A stretch of DNA of 58,988 nucleotides from assembly GCA_018059685.1 (NCBI GenBank), contig JAGOXN010000001.1, forward strand, positions 1 through 58,988, read 5' to 3'. The translations under genes were made by a program, and so were the position numbers. Source of the stretch: Steroidobacteraceae bacterium (GTDB taxonomy: Bacteria; Pseudomonadota; Gammaproteobacteria; Steroidobacterales; Steroidobacteraceae). Below, in pieces: positions 40,216-50,483 of this stretch (position 1 is its first letter; each line of letters starts with the position of its first letter). A model generated the notes under the pieces. The model had not been told where the DNA came from and searched no databases. It saw only the letters and a list, made by a program, of their open reading frames with translations.

Positions 40216-40872
40216 TCAGTCGAGCAGTGGTTTCAGGCTGCGGTCAATCGCCTCGCGGGCGCGGAAGATGCGGGAGCGCACCGTGCCCACCGGGCAGTCC
40301 ATCGCTTCCGCGATCTCCTCGTAGCTCAAGCCCTCGACCTCGCGCAGGATGATCGCCGTGCGGAGGTCCTCGGGCAGCTGCTCCACCGCATGATTCACCG
40401 TGCGATGGATCTCGTCCGACAGGGCCGCGGCCTCCGGCGTGTCGCCGTGGCGCATGCGCGACTCCACCGCCGCCTGCTCCGACTCGTTCAGGTCGGCCTC
40501 GTAATCGAGCGGCCGGCGCTGGCGGGACGCCATGCTGTTGCGCGCGGTGTTCACTGCAATCCGGTACAGCCAGGTATAGAACGCGCTGTCTCCGCGGAAC
40601 GATCCAAGCGCCCGGTAAGCCTTGACGAAGGCGTCCTGGGCGACGTCCTCGGCCTCGGTCGGGTCACGCAACAGACGCGCCACGAGCTTCACGACCCTGT
40701 GCTGATACCTGAGCACCAGCAGGTCGAACGCACCGCGCTCGCCCCGCTGCGCCCGCCTCACGAGTTCGAGATCGGTCTGCTCGACGCCAGAGCCCTGCCG
40801 CGCATCCTCGTCCCGGGACTCGTGCGACCGGATAGACCCATCCGAGGGGGGAAAGTTCGCCATCGGCTTCAT
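40216..40872 (-). CDS. rpoE: Envelope-stress ECF sigma factor RpoE/AlgU
   Basis: Near-identical blocks to E. coli RpoE (FRGDSAFYTWLYRIAVNTA, CPVGTVRSRIFRAREAID). Starts at the ATG at 40872 (overlapping the upstream stop) or the ATG at 40863. There is a roughly 27-aa N-terminal extension relative to E. coli RpoE. Confidence 0.93.
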   Translation of the reverse strand: MKPMANFPPSDGSIRSHESRDEDARQGSGVEQTDLELVRRAQRGERGAFDLLVLRYQHRVVKLVARLLRDPTEAEDVAQDAFVKAYRALGSFRGDSAFYTWLYRIAVNTARNSMASRQRRPLDYEADLNESEQAAVESRMRHGDTPEAAALSDEIHRTVNHAVEQLPEDLRTAIILREVEGLSYEEIAEAMDCPVGTVRSRIFRAREAIDRSLKPLLD

Positions 40873-41315
40873 GGCTCGGTCGGAACCTGGGGCCGCGGCG
40901 CCCGGTCCGCGTGACGCAGTGCGCGGAGCCGGACCGCAAGCCGGCGCAGGTCGGCGTCCGGCAGGTCCCAAGGCGTCAGCCAGACCGCGCGGCCGCCGCG
41001 GGCCATCGTCCAGCGCAGGACCACGGACCGGCCGAGCAGCCGGCTTCCCGGGCCGAGTCGCGCGGCCGCACGGCGGCCGTCCCGGAACTGCAATTGCCAG
41101 CGGCCGTCGTCCTCCAGGCTCGCCGTGCAGAGCAGCCGGCCGGGTCGCGTCCGCATCCAGTGCCACGCGAGCAGGCAGCCCAGCGTGACGACGCCCATGC
41201 CGGGCGGCAGCGCCGGGTGGCGCGCGGCGACGACTTCCACGACCACACCGCTCGCAAGCACGAGGACCCGGGTGAGCCAGTCCGTCGCGAGTCGGGGTGG
41301 CAGTTCAAGGGTCAT
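40869..41315 (-). CDS. ygfX: YgfX/CptA-family inner-membrane protein (DUF1434)
   Basis: Trimmed to the ATG at 41315. Two N-terminal hydrophobic helices, then a DGRWQL...VLRW...VWL..D......RRL pattern like E. coli YgfX. It lies directly after sdhE, as in E. coli. The family call is from memory. Confidence 0.6.
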   Translation of the reverse strand: MTLELPPRLATDWLTRVLVLASGVVVEVVAARHPALPPGMGVVTLGCLLAWHWMRTRPGRLLCTASLEDDGRWQLQFRDGRRAAARLGPGSRLLGRSVVLRWTMARGGRAVWLTPWDLPDADLRRLAVRLRALRHADRAPRPQVPTEP

Positions 41316-41550
41316 TGCGGATCCGGGCGACGACATTGCGCAGCGGCGCCTCCGCGGGAATCGTGCGCCCCACAAGATACCCGAATAGCTCCGGGTCCTG
41401 CAGTTCGAGAATGCGTGCGAATGCGTCCCGATCCGCGGCGGACGCGCGCGCGTATTCGTGCTCGAGGTAGCGTGTGAGCAACACGTCCAGTTCGCGCATG
41501 CCCCGCCGGCAGCGCCAGCGCAGGCGTGCGAGGTCCCGCGCGTCCTGCAT
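41305..41550 (-). CDS. sdhE: FAD assembly factor SdhE (SDHAF2 homolog, DUF339)
   Basis: RLRWRCRRGMRELD..L..Y carries the conserved RGxxE motif. 81 aa, immediately after sdhB. Confidence 0.9.
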   Translation of the reverse strand: MQDARDLARLRWRCRRGMRELDVLLTRYLEHEYARASAADRDAFARILELQDPELFGYLVGRTIPAEAPLRNVVARIRNDP

Positions 41551-41570
41551 CGGGTGGGCCGGGCGCGCGT

Positions 41571-42353
41571 TCAGGAGCGCCGTTCCGCGATCAGCTTCTT
41601 GATCTCGGCGATCGCGCGGGCCGGATTGAGATCCTTCGGGCAGGCTTCCGTGCAGTTCATGATCGTGTGGCAGCGATACAGCCGGAACGGATCTTCGAGT
41701 TCGTCGAGCCGCTCACCCGTCGCTTCGTCACGCGTGTCGATGATCCACCGGTAGGCGGCGAGCAGCGCCGCCGGGCCCAGGTAACGGTCGCTGTTCCACC
41801 AGTACGACGGGCAGGCCGTCGAGCAGCAGGCGCAGAGGATGCAGGCCGAGGGACGATCGATCTGCTCCTGGTCCGCCTTCGACTGCAATCGCTCCCGGTC
41901 CGGCGGCGGCGGCGTGCGCGTCTGCAGCCATGGCTTCACCGAGGCGTACTGCGCGTAGAAGTTCGTGAGATCCGGCACGAGGTCCTTGACGACCGGCATG
42001 TGCGGCAGCGGATAGATGCGCACCTCGCCGCGGATCTCGTCCGTGGCCTTGGTGCAGGCCAGGGTGTTCACGCCGTCGATGTTCATGGCGCACGAGCCGC
42101 AGATGCCCTCGCGGCAGGAGCGGCGGAACGTGAGCGTCGCGTCGACCTCGTTCTTGATCTTGATCAGTGCATCGAGAACCATCGGACCGCAGGCATCCAT
42201 GTCCACGTCGTAGGCATCGACCCGCGGGTTCTCGCCCGAATCGGGATCGAAGCGATAGATGCGGAACGTGCGCACGTTCTTCGCGCCGGCCGGCGCGGCG
42301 TGCCTGCGGCCCGGGCGGATCCTGGAATTCTCCGGCAGTCGAAATTGCGGCAT
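41571..42353 (-). CDS. sdhB: Succinate dehydrogenase iron-sulfur subunit
   Basis: Three Fe-S cysteine clusters ([24 protein letters not shown]-like, [13 protein letters not shown]). Confidence 0.95.
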   Translation of the reverse strand: MPQFRLPENSRIRPGRRHAAPAGAKNVRTFRIYRFDPDSGENPRVDAYDVDMDACGPMVLDALIKIKNEVDATLTFRRSCREGICGSCAMNIDGVNTLACTKATDEIRGEVRIYPLPHMPVVKDLVPDLTNFYAQYASVKPWLQTRTPPPPDRERLQSKADQEQIDRPSACILCACCSTACPSYWWNSDRYLGPAALLAAYRWIIDTRDEATGERLDELEDPFRLYRCHTIMNCTEACPKDLNPARAIAEIKKLIAERRS

Positions 42354-42365
42354 GCGACCCTCGCC

Positions 42366-44150
42366 TCAGTACGTCCGCGCCCGGGGTGGAATCGATTCCA
42401 CGTCGTCCGTCAGCGTGTCGAGATGCACCGGCCGGTAATCGATCCGGACGCGGCCCCGCTCGTCCACCCACGCCAGGGTGTGCTTGAGCCACTGCTGGTC
42501 ATCGCGGTCCTTGTAGTCCTCCCGCGCGTGCGCGCCCCGGCTCTCCTTGCGGTTCTCGGCGCCGTGCATCGTCGCCACCGCCTGGCCGAGCAGGTTCTCG
42601 AGTTCCAGCGTCTCGATGAGATCGGTGTTCCAGATGAGCGACCGGTCGGTCACCCGGACGTCGGCGAAGGTGTCGTGGACCGCACCGATCTTCCGTACGC
42701 CCTCCCCGAGAGACTCGCCGGTGCGGAAGACGGCGGCGTGGTTCTGCATGACGCGCTGCATGTCGAGGCGGATCTCGGCCGTGCTGCGGCCGCCTTTCGC
42801 GTGGCGCAGGCGATCGAGGCGGCTCACGGCGAGCTCGCCCGCATCCTTCGGCAGCGGCGCCTGCGCCGCTCCCGCGCGGGTGGTCGACGCGCAGTGCCGC
42901 GCGGCCTCCCGCCCGAACACCACCAGGTCGAGCAGGGAGTTCGACCCCAGCCGGTTCGCGCCATGGACCGAGACGCAGGCCGCTTCGCCGACGGCCATCA
43001 GGCCCGGAACCACCGCGTCGGGATTGCCGTCGCGCAGCGTGACGACCTCGCCATGCACGTTGCAGGGAATCCCGCCCATGTTGTAGTGCACGGTCGGCAG
43101 GACGGGAATCGGCTCACGGTTCACGTCCACGCCGGCGAAGATGCGCGCCGTCTCGGCGATGCCCGGCAGACGCTCATGGATCACATCCGGCCCGAGGTGC
43201 TCGAGGTGGAGGTGAATGTGGTCCTTGTGCGGGCCGACGCCGCGGCCCTCGCGAATCTCGATCGTCATCGAGCGGCTCACCACGTCGCGCGAGGCGAGGT
43301 CCTTGGCGTTCGGCGCGTAGCGTTCCATGAAGCGTTCGCCGGCCGAGTTCGTCAGGTACCCGCCTTCGCCGCGCACGCCTTCCGTGATCAGGCAGCCCGC
43401 ACCATAGATGCCCGTGGGATGGAACTGGACGAACTCCATGTCCTGCAGCGGGAGGCCCGCGCGCAGCACCATGCCGCCGCCGTCCCCCGTGCACGTATGT
43501 GCCGAGGTGCAGGAGAAGAACGCCCGGCCATAGCCGCCCGTGGCGAGGATCACCTGCTGGGCACGGAACCGATGCAGTTGTCCGCTCGCCATGTCGAGCG
43601 CGACGACGCCCCGGCAGGCGCCGTCTTCCATGATGAGGTCGATGGCGAAAAACTCGATGAAGAAGCGGGCCTCGTGCTTGAGCGACTGCTGGTAGAGCGT
43701 GTGCAGCATCGCGTGCCCGGTGCGGTCGGCCGCCGCGCAGGTGCGCTGCGCGATGCCCTTGCCATAGTGCGTGGTCATGCCGCCGAACGGGCGCTGGTAG
43801 ATGCGGCCGTCCTCGGTGCGCGAGAACGGCACGCCGTAATGCTCGAGCTCGATCACCGCCGCGGGCGCTTCCTTGCACATGAACTCGATGGCGTCCTGGT
43901 CCCCGAGCCAGTCCGAGCCCTTGATGGTGTCGTAGAAGTGGAAGCGCCAGTCGTCCTCGCCCATGTTGCCGAGCGCGGCGCTGATGCCGCCCTGCGCCGC
44001 GACGGTGTGACTGCGCGTCGGAAAGACCTTGGTCAGGCAGGCAGTGCTGAGACCCGCCTGCGCGAGCCCGAAGGTCGCGCGCAGCCCCGCGCCGCCCGCG
44101 CCCACGACCACGACGTCGCAGGTGTGATCCGTCATCGTGTACGCGCTCAT
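42366..44150 (-). CDS. sdhA: Succinate dehydrogenase flavoprotein subunit
   Basis: The ATG at 44150 overlaps the sdhD stop (ATGA). Contains [23 protein letters not shown] (FAD-His) and HGANRLG. Confidence 0.96.
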   Translation of the reverse strand: MSAYTMTDHTCDVVVVGAGGAGLRATFGLAQAGLSTACLTKVFPTRSHTVAAQGGISAALGNMGEDDWRFHFYDTIKGSDWLGDQDAIEFMCKEAPAAVIELEHYGVPFSRTEDGRIYQRPFGGMTTHYGKGIAQRTCAAADRTGHAMLHTLYQQSLKHEARFFIEFFAIDLIMEDGACRGVVALDMASGQLHRFRAQQVILATGGYGRAFFSCTSAHTCTGDGGGMVLRAGLPLQDMEFVQFHPTGIYGAGCLITEGVRGEGGYLTNSAGERFMERYAPNAKDLASRDVVSRSMTIEIREGRGVGPHKDHIHLHLEHLGPDVIHERLPGIAETARIFAGVDVNREPIPVLPTVHYNMGGIPCNVHGEVVTLRDGNPDAVVPGLMAVGEAACVSVHGANRLGSNSLLDLVVFGREAARHCASTTRAGAAQAPLPKDAGELAVSRLDRLRHAKGGRSTAEIRLDMQRVMQNHAAVFRTGESLGEGVRKIGAVHDTFADVRVTDRSLIWNTDLIETLELENLLGQAVATMHGAENRKESRGAHAREDYKDRDDQQWLKHTLAWVDERGRVRIDYRPVHLDTLTDDVESIPPRARTY

Positions 44151-44533
44151 GCGGTCGCTCCGAACACAATCCACATCACGGCGAGCACGCCCACCGCGGC
44201 CGCGACGACGAGCACGAACTGGACCGCCAGCACCGCGGCGATTCGCGCCCCCCTGTTCCCGACGTAGTCCTCGAGGATGACCTGCAGGCCGAGCGCCGCG
44301 TGACGCGCCGCCGTCAGGACGAACAGCACCGCGAGTATTGCCTGCGCGGGTGAACGCAACCAGGCGGTGACCGACTCGTGACTCAGGTCGCGCCGCGTCA
44401 CGAGCGCCGACACGAACCATGCGCCGAGCAGCACGAGCGCGACCGCCGTGACACGCTGCGACTGCCAGTGACCGGCCCCGTACTTCGCCGACCCCTGGCC
44501 GAGCACTCGACCGAGCGGGCTGCGCAGGCTCAT
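44147..44533 (-). CDS. sdhD: Succinate dehydrogenase hydrophobic membrane anchor subunit
   Basis: Three transmembrane helices with a heme-ligand His context. Position between sdhC and sdhA; the start overlaps the sdhC stop. Confidence 0.88.
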   Translation of the reverse strand: MSLRSPLGRVLGQGSAKYGAGHWQSQRVTAVALVLLGAWFVSALVTRRDLSHESVTAWLRSPAQAILAVLFVLTAARHAALGLQVILEDYVGNRGARIAAVLAVQFVLVVAAAVGVLAVMWIVFGATA

Positions 44534-44925
44534 GCGCCACCCCCTGCCACGCTGCGCAGCAGAAGCCAGGTGAGGACGCCGAGGACGACGGAGGTGATCG
44601 CCACGGTCCAGCCACTGGCGCGGGCGGTCGACTTCTCGAACCCGCGGCCCGTGTCCCAGAACAGGTGCCGGATACCGTTCAACAGGTGATAACAGAACGC
44701 GATCGATACACCGAGCCAGGCGACCTGCGCGAGCGGCGAGCCGAGGACCACGGACGCGCGGGCGTATGAACCAGGCCCGGACGCGATCGCCGCGAGCCAG
44801 TAGACGAGCAGGAAGAATGCGACGCAGAGCAGCACGCCCGTGATCCGGTGCAGGATCGACAGGGTGTTCGTGTACAGCCAGCGGTACTGCGTGAACGGGG
44901 ACAGCGGCCGTTCAGGTTCAGCCAT
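44530..44925 (-). CDS. sdhC: Succinate dehydrogenase cytochrome b556 subunit
   Basis: RPLSP....Y.......SILHRITG is the canonical SdhC N-terminus. Confidence 0.9.
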   Translation of the reverse strand: MAEPERPLSPFTQYRWLYTNTLSILHRITGVLLCVAFFLLVYWLAAIASGPGSYARASVVLGSPLAQVAWLGVSIAFCYHLLNGIRHLFWDTGRGFEKSTARASGWTVAITSVVLGVLTWLLLRSVAGGGA

Positions 44926-44951
44926 GCTCAGCTACCTCCAGGATGCGGCCG

Positions 44952-45155
44952 CTAGAAATCGATGCACCGGCCCGCCTTTTCCCAGTCACCATAGCGCGTC
45001 GGCTCGAGCCCGCCGCGACCGCCGAGTTCCCTCGACCCGGTCTCGTCCCGTCGTTCAGGCGACCTGCCGCTCGGGTCGGTGGCCTCGCGCGGCGACTCGG
45101 ATTGGATTTCTTCGGGATCAATCATGGACTCGACCAGGGAGTTTGCCACATCCAT
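44952..45155 (-). CDS. DUF1674 protein (SDHAF4-like succinate dehydrogenase assembly factor homolog)
   Basis: The C-terminus GGLEPTRYGDWEKAGRCIDF is the hallmark DUF1674 motif. 67 aa from the ATG at 45155. It ends 26 nt upstream of sdhC on the same strand. Confidence 0.75.
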   Translation of the reverse strand: MDVANSLVESMIDPEEIQSESPREATDPSGRSPERRDETGSRELGGRGGLEPTRYGDWEKAGRCIDF

Positions 45156-45199
45156 GCGGGCTTCTCCACGCGGCGGCGGCCAGTAGAATGCAGGCACTC

Positions 45200-46072
45200 A
45201 TGCGGCCGCTCGATTTCAGTTCCGACACGACCCCGCTCGGGCACCTCGCACTGCTCCGATTCTCAGGTCCCGACGCCGCGAGTTTTCTCCAGGGTCAACT
45301 GACCTGCGACACTCGCCTCCTCGCCGATGGCCGGACGCAGCTCGGTGCGTGCACGTCGCCCCAGGGACGCGTCATTGCGCTGCTGCGGCTCCGCCAGACA
45401 GAGGCTGCGGTCCTGGCATTGCTGCCGCTCGAACTCGTCGAAGACGTGGCGCGACACCTGCGGAGGTACGTGCTGCGGGCGAAGGTCGCGATCGAATCCG
45501 CCGCGGACCTGCGGCTCTACGCGCTCGATCGCGCGAGCGCTGCCTCCATGGCGCAAGGAGTCGCGTTCGACTACGCGGACGGCAGGCGGCTCGTTGCCAT
45601 GCCGCGCGCAACACCGCCGTCGGCCGGGCCCGCGGTGCACCCGCAATCCCCGGCAGACGTCGATCGCGACTGGCGAGCCGCGGACATCGCCGCCGGCCTG
45701 CCGCAGGTCGTTGCCGCAACGTCACAGGCGTTCGTGCCGCAGATGCTCAACCTCGACCTGCTCGACGCCATCAGCTTCAGCAAGGGCTGCTACACGGGGC
45801 AGGAGATCGTCGCGCGGACCCAGCACCTCGGGCGCATCAAGCGCCGCACGTTGCGCTACCACCTCGCGCCGGGCCCGGAACCGGCACCGCTCGCGGGCCT
45901 CCATCGCGCTGGCGTGAAGGTCGCGGAAGTGCTCCAGGCCGCGACGGTTCGCGATGGCGTCGAACTGCTGGCCGTCACGGCCCGCGAAGCGCGCGGGGCC
46001 TCACTCGAAGCCGATGACGGCCGCATCGCGGTGCCGCTCGAGCTCCCCTACGCCGTGCCGGACGGCGGATGA
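45200..46072 (+). CDS. ygfZ: Folate-binding Fe-S cluster repair / tRNA-modifying protein YgfZ (IBA57/CAF17 family)
   Basis: GcvT-like fold with the diagnostic K-G-C-Y-x-G-Q-E motif ([14 protein letters not shown]). The start is the ATG at 45200, or possibly the one at 45188. Confidence 0.85.
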   Translation: MRPLDFSSDTTPLGHLALLRFSGPDAASFLQGQLTCDTRLLADGRTQLGACTSPQGRVIALLRLRQTEAAVLALLPLELVEDVARHLRRYVLRAKVAIESAADLRLYALDRASAASMAQGVAFDYADGRRLVAMPRATPPSAGPAVHPQSPADVDRDWRAADIAAGLPQVVAATSQAFVPQMLNLDLLDAISFSKGCYTGQEIVARTQHLGRIKRRTLRYHLAPGPEPAPLAGLHRAGVKVAEVLQAATVRDGVELLAVTAREARGASLEADDGRIAVPLELPYAVPDGG

Positions 46073-46091
46073 CCGCCGGCGGCGGGATCGA

Positions 46092-47585
46092 TCACTCCGG
46101 ACGCAAATGCGGGAACAGCAGCACGTCGCGGATCGACGGCTGGTTCGTGAAGAGCATGACGAGGCGGTCGATGCCGATGCCGAGGCCGGCCGTCGGCGGC
46201 AATCCGTATTCGAGCGCCCGGACGTAGTCGGCGTCGTAGAACATCGCCTCCTCGTCACCCGTCGCCTTGCGTGCCACCTGTTCCTGGAAACGCGCGGCCT
46301 GGTCGTCGGGGTCGTTCAGCTCCGAGAACCCGTTGGCGAGCTCGCGTCCGCCGACGAAGAACTCGAAGCGATCCGTGATGAACGGATCGGTGTCGCTGCG
46401 CCGCGCCAGCGGCGAGACCTCCGCCGGGTACGCGTAGACGAACGTCGGCTGCTCCAGGCGGTGCTCGGCCGTCTTCTCGAAGATCTCGACCTGCAGCTTG
46501 CCGGCCCCGTCGCTCGCCGACGGCGCCAGCCCCAGCCGCCCGCAGACTTCGCGCAGGTAGGCCACCTCGCGCAGGCGGGACCGCTCGATGCCCGGATTGA
46601 AGTGCACCACGAGATCCTCGATCGTCACCCGCCTGAACGCGGTGCCGAAGTCGAAGGTCGCTCCCTGGTACTCGATCCGCCGCGTGCCGGCGAGCGTATC
46701 CGCCAGCCCCTGGAACATCCGTTCCACCATGTCCATCAGGTCGCGGTAGTCGGCATAGGCCTGGTAGAGCTCGAGCATCGTGAACTCGGGGTTGTGCTGC
46801 GTCGACAACCCCTCGTTGCGGAAGTTGCGGTTCAGCTCGTACACGCGCTCGAATCCGCCCACGACCAGGCGCTTGAGGTACAGCTCCGGCGCGATGCGCA
46901 GGTACATGTCGACGTCGAGCGCGTTGTGGTGCGTCACGAACGGGCGTGCCACGGCCCCGCCCGGGATGGGCTGCATCATCGGCGTCTCGACCTCCATGAA
47001 GTCGAGCGCGTCGAGGTAGTTGCGCAGGTAGCGCACGATGCGGTTGCGCGTCCGGAAGACCTCGCGGCTGTCGTCGTTGACGATCAGGTCCACGTAGCGC
47101 TGCCGGTAGCGGCTCTCGATGTCGGCGAGACCATGCCACTTGTCCGGCAGCGGGCGCAGGGACTTCACCAGCAGCCGCAGCGTCTCGACGCGCACCGAGA
47201 GCTCGCCGGTCTTCGTCCTGAAGAGCACGCCCTCGGCACCGAGCACGTCACCCACGTCCCAGCCCTTGAAACTCTCGTAGGCCTCGCCGAGCGCCTCGCG
47301 CTGCAGGAACACCTGGATGAGGCCGCTGCGGTCCTTGAGCTTGGCGAAACTCGCCTTGCCCATCACGCGCTTGAACATCATGCGGCCCGCGACCGCGACC
47401 CGCACGGCGTGCGCGTCGAACCATTCCGGCGCGCGCTCACCATATGCGACGTGGAGCTGCTCGGCCGTCGAATTGCGACGGAAGTCGTTCGGGAACGGGT
47501 TTCCCGCCTCGCGCAGCCGCTCGAGCTTCGCGCGCCGCTCGGCGATCAGGTGGTTGACGTCGACGCTGGTCTTTTCTTCATCCAT
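46092..47585 (-). CDS. lysS: Lysine--tRNA ligase (class II)
   Basis: OB anticodon-binding domain and class II motifs ([15 protein letters not shown]). Follows prfB, as in E. coli. Confidence 0.96.
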   Translation of the reverse strand: MDEEKTSVDVNHLIAERRAKLERLREAGNPFPNDFRRNSTAEQLHVAYGERAPEWFDAHAVRVAVAGRMMFKRVMGKASFAKLKDRSGLIQVFLQREALGEAYESFKGWDVGDVLGAEGVLFRTKTGELSVRVETLRLLVKSLRPLPDKWHGLADIESRYRQRYVDLIVNDDSREVFRTRNRIVRYLRNYLDALDFMEVETPMMQPIPGGAVARPFVTHHNALDVDMYLRIAPELYLKRLVVGGFERVYELNRNFRNEGLSTQHNPEFTMLELYQAYADYRDLMDMVERMFQGLADTLAGTRRIEYQGATFDFGTAFRRVTIEDLVVHFNPGIERSRLREVAYLREVCGRLGLAPSASDGAGKLQVEIFEKTAEHRLEQPTFVYAYPAEVSPLARRSDTDPFITDRFEFFVGGRELANGFSELNDPDDQAARFQEQVARKATGDEEAMFYDADYVRALEYGLPPTAGLGIGIDRLVMLFTNQPSIRDVLLFPHLRPE

Positions 47586-47608
47586 CGTTCAAGCCGTCCC
47601 GGGCCCGC

Positions 47609-48704
47609 TCAGAGGCCCTGCTTCAGGCTGCCCTCGAGAAACGGGTCGAGATCCCCGTCGAGCACCGCGCCCGTATTGCCCACCTCGACGCCGGTGCGCA
47701 GGTCCTTGATCCGCGACTGGTCGAGCACGTAGGAGCGGATCTGGTTGCCCCAGCTCACGTCCGACTTCGCGTCCTCGAGCACCTTGGCTGCCGCGTTGCG
47801 CTTGTTGACCTCGAGCTCATAGAGCTTCGCCTTCAGCATCTTCATCGCCGTCGACCGGTTCTTGTGCTGGCTGCGCTCGCTCTGGCACGCGACCACGATG
47901 CCGCTCGGCAGGTGGCGGATGCGCACCGCCGACTCGGTCTTGTTCACGTGCTGGCCGCCCGCCCCGCTCGATCGGTAGACGTCCATCTCGAGGTCCGCCG
48001 GGTTCACCTCGATGCTGATGTCGTCGTCCACCTCCGGCGAGACGAATACGGACGCGAACGACGTGTGCCTGCGTGCGTTCGAGTCGAACGGCGACTTGCG
48101 CACCAGCCGATGCACGCCGGTCTCGGTCCGGAGCCAGCCGTAGGCGTACTCGCCCTCGATGCGGATCGACGCGCTCTTGATGCCGGCGACCTCGCCATCG
48201 CTGCTGTCCGTGACCTCGGTCGCGAAGCCGTGCTTGTCCGCCCAGCGCAGGTACATGCGCAGCAGCATCTGCGCCCAGTCCTGCGCCTCGGTCCCGCCGG
48301 CACCGGCCTGGATGTCGAGGAAGCAGTTGTGCGAATCCATCTCGCCCGGGAACATGCGCTTGAACTCGAGGCGCGCGACTTCGTCCGCGATGCGCCCGAC
48401 GTCCTTCTCGACGGCGGCGACGGTGCCCTGATCGCCCTCGCCCTCGGCGAGTTCGAGCAGTTCGCTGGCCTCGCTCAGTCCGGCCTGCAGCCTGTCCAGC
48501 GTCCCGACGACCGTCTCGAGCCGTGTGCGCTCGCGGCCGAGTTCCTGCGCACGGTCGGGATTGCTCCAGACGGTCGGATCCTCGAGTTCGCGGAGCACCT
48601 CGGCGAGCCGCTCGCTGCGACTGTCGTAGTCAAAGGTACCCCCTGAGCGCGCGGGTGCGCTGCGCGAGGTCATCGAGATTGCGGCGGACCGGATTGATTT
48701 CCAT
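47609..48704 (-). CDS. prfB: Peptide chain release factor 2, requires programmed +1 frameshift (frame 0: 48704..48633; frame +1: 48631..47609)
   Basis: Frame 0 reads [24 protein letters not shown] followed by an in-frame TGA. The +1 frame continues DYDSRSERL... through SPF and GGQ ([12 protein letters not shown]). Confidence 0.93.
48629..48644 (-). promoter_or_regulatory. prfB +1 ribosomal frameshift site
   Basis: The minus strand reads AGG GGG TAC CTT TGA C. This is an internal Shine-Dalgarno-like AGGGGG, then the slippery CUU-UGA-C, identical in logic to E. coli prfB. Confidence 0.9.
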
Positions 48705-48740
48705 GCGTGCCGGGGAGTAGCGGGAAGCGAGCCGGGCAGT

Positions 48741-50483
48741 CTAGCACGACGCAGGCACCAGCCATTCGGCGACGAGCTGCAGGCGGGGCGCGCCGGAGTA
48801 CTCGTCGACCTCGGTCCGGTAGACGAGATCGAGCGCATCGCCGGCCCGTACGACCGGCGCTGCCGTATCGTCCAGGTGGCGAAACGCGATGGCGTCGACC
48901 ATCTCGCCCGAGCCGGCGCGCAGGCGCATCTTCAGGTGCCGTTCGCCGACGATGCGCGCGGCGGCCACTCCGAAGCGCCCGTCGAACGACGGTTCCGCGA
49001 AGCCGGAACCCCAGGGGCCACCTTCGCGCAGCGCGGCGGCCGTATCCACGCTGAATTCCCCGGCCTCGAGCGGCCCGTCGGTGAACAGGTCGCCGGAGAG
49101 CAGCTCGTCGCCGGCAATGAGCCCGACCTCCTCGGCGAATGCCCGGCGGAAGTCCTCGAAGCGCGACGCCGCGATCGTCATGCCGGCCGCCATGGCGTGT
49201 CCGCCGAATTTCTCGAGCAGGCCGGGATGGCGCGTCGCCAGGGAATCCAGCACGTCGCGCACGTGCAGTCCGGGCACCGAGCGCGCCGAGCCCTTGAGCC
49301 AACCCGGCTCGCCGGGCGCGAACGCGATCACCGGCCGGTGCAGCCGCTCCTTGACCCGCGACGCCACGAGCCCGACCACGCCCTGATGCCAGCCGGAATC
49401 GAAGAGACACAGGCCCGCGGGTACCTCGCCCTCGGGCAGGTTCGCCAGCGCGTCGACCTGCGCAAGCGCCTCCTGCTGCATCTTCGACTCGAGCGCGCGA
49501 CGCTCCAGGTTGATCTGCGACAGGCGTTCCGCCAGCGATCGGGCCTCGCGTCCGTCCTCCGCGAGCAGGCACTCGATTCCGAGCGACATGTCCTCGAGGC
49601 GGCCGGCGGCATTGAGCCGCGGCCCGGCCTGGAAGCCGAGATCCTGCGCGACGGCGTTTTCCAGACGGCGACCCGACACCTCGAGCAGCGCGCGCAGGCC
49701 CGGCACGCAACGGCCGGCGCGGATGCGGCGCAGTCCCTGGGCGACCAGGACCCGGTTGTTGGTGTCGAGCGGCACCACGTCGGCGATGGTGCCGAGCGCG
49801 ACGAGGTCGAGCAGGTCCGCTGGGTTGCACGCCGCATCGGCGGTTACGAGTCCCGACTCGCGCATGCGGCGCGTCAGCGCAGCCATGAGGTAGAAGGCGA
49901 CGCCGACCCCGGCGAGTGATTTCGACGCGAAGCGCTCCCCGGCCAGGTTGGGGTTCACGATGGCCGCGGCGTCGGGAAGGCTCGCACCCGGCAGGTGATG
50001 ATCCGTCACCAGGACCTCGGTGCCGAGGCGCCGGGCCTCTGCCACGCCCTCGAGTGACGAGATGCCATTGTCGACCGTGACGATCAGGCCTGGCCGTCGT
50101 CGGGCGGCCACCTGCACGATCCCGGGTGTCAGTCCGTAGCCGAACCTGAAGCGGTCCGGAACCAGGTACGAGGGCGCCGCAAATCCCAGCCGCCGGAGCT
50201 GGCGGACGACCAGCGCCGTGCTCGTCGCCCCGTCGGCATCGAAGTCGCCGACGACCAGCACCTGGTCGCCCCTGCGCCGACAGGCCAGCAGCAGATCGAC
50301 GGCCGCGTCGAGACCGCCGAGCGTGCCGACCGGCAGCAGGCGCTCGAGGCTCAGGTCGAGGTCACCGTCGCCCGCGAGCCCGCGCGCGCCGTAGACCCTG
50401 CGCAGCACCGGGTGCAGGCTCGCCGGCAGCGACGCCTGCCGGCCGGCGTCCGCCGGACGCCTGCGGATGCGGCGTTGAATCAA
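48741..50483 (-). CDS. recJ: Single-stranded-DNA-specific exonuclease RecJ
   Basis: DHH motifs ([17 protein letters not shown]) and a DHHA1 GGH motif. The TTG at 50483 overlaps the upstream stop (TTGA) and gives (M)IQRRIRRRP..., which aligns with the E. coli RecJ N-terminus. The ATG at 50528 is an alternative. Confidence 0.9.
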   Translation of the reverse strand: MIQRRIRRRPADAGRQASLPASLHPVLRRVYGARGLAGDGDLDLSLERLLPVGTLGGLDAAVDLLLACRRRGDQVLVVGDFDADGATSTALVVRQLRRLGFAAPSYLVPDRFRFGYGLTPGIVQVAARRRPGLIVTVDNGISSLEGVAEARRLGTEVLVTDHHLPGASLPDAAAIVNPNLAGERFASKSLAGVGVAFYLMAALTRRMRESGLVTADAACNPADLLDLVALGTIADVVPLDTNNRVLVAQGLRRIRAGRCVPGLRALLEVSGRRLENAVAQDLGFQAGPRLNAAGRLEDMSLGIECLLAEDGREARSLAERLSQINLERRALESKMQQEALAQVDALANLPEGEVPAGLCLFDSGWHQGVVGLVASRVKERLHRPVIAFAPGEPGWLKGSARSVPGLHVRDVLDSLATRHPGLLEKFGGHAMAAGMTIAASRFEDFRRAFAEEVGLIAGDELLSGDLFTDGPLEAGEFSVDTAAALREGGPWGSGFAEPSFDGRFGVAAARIVGERHLKMRLRAGSGEMVDAIAFRHLDDTAAPVVRAGDALDLVYRTEVDEYSGAPRLQLVAEWLVPASC

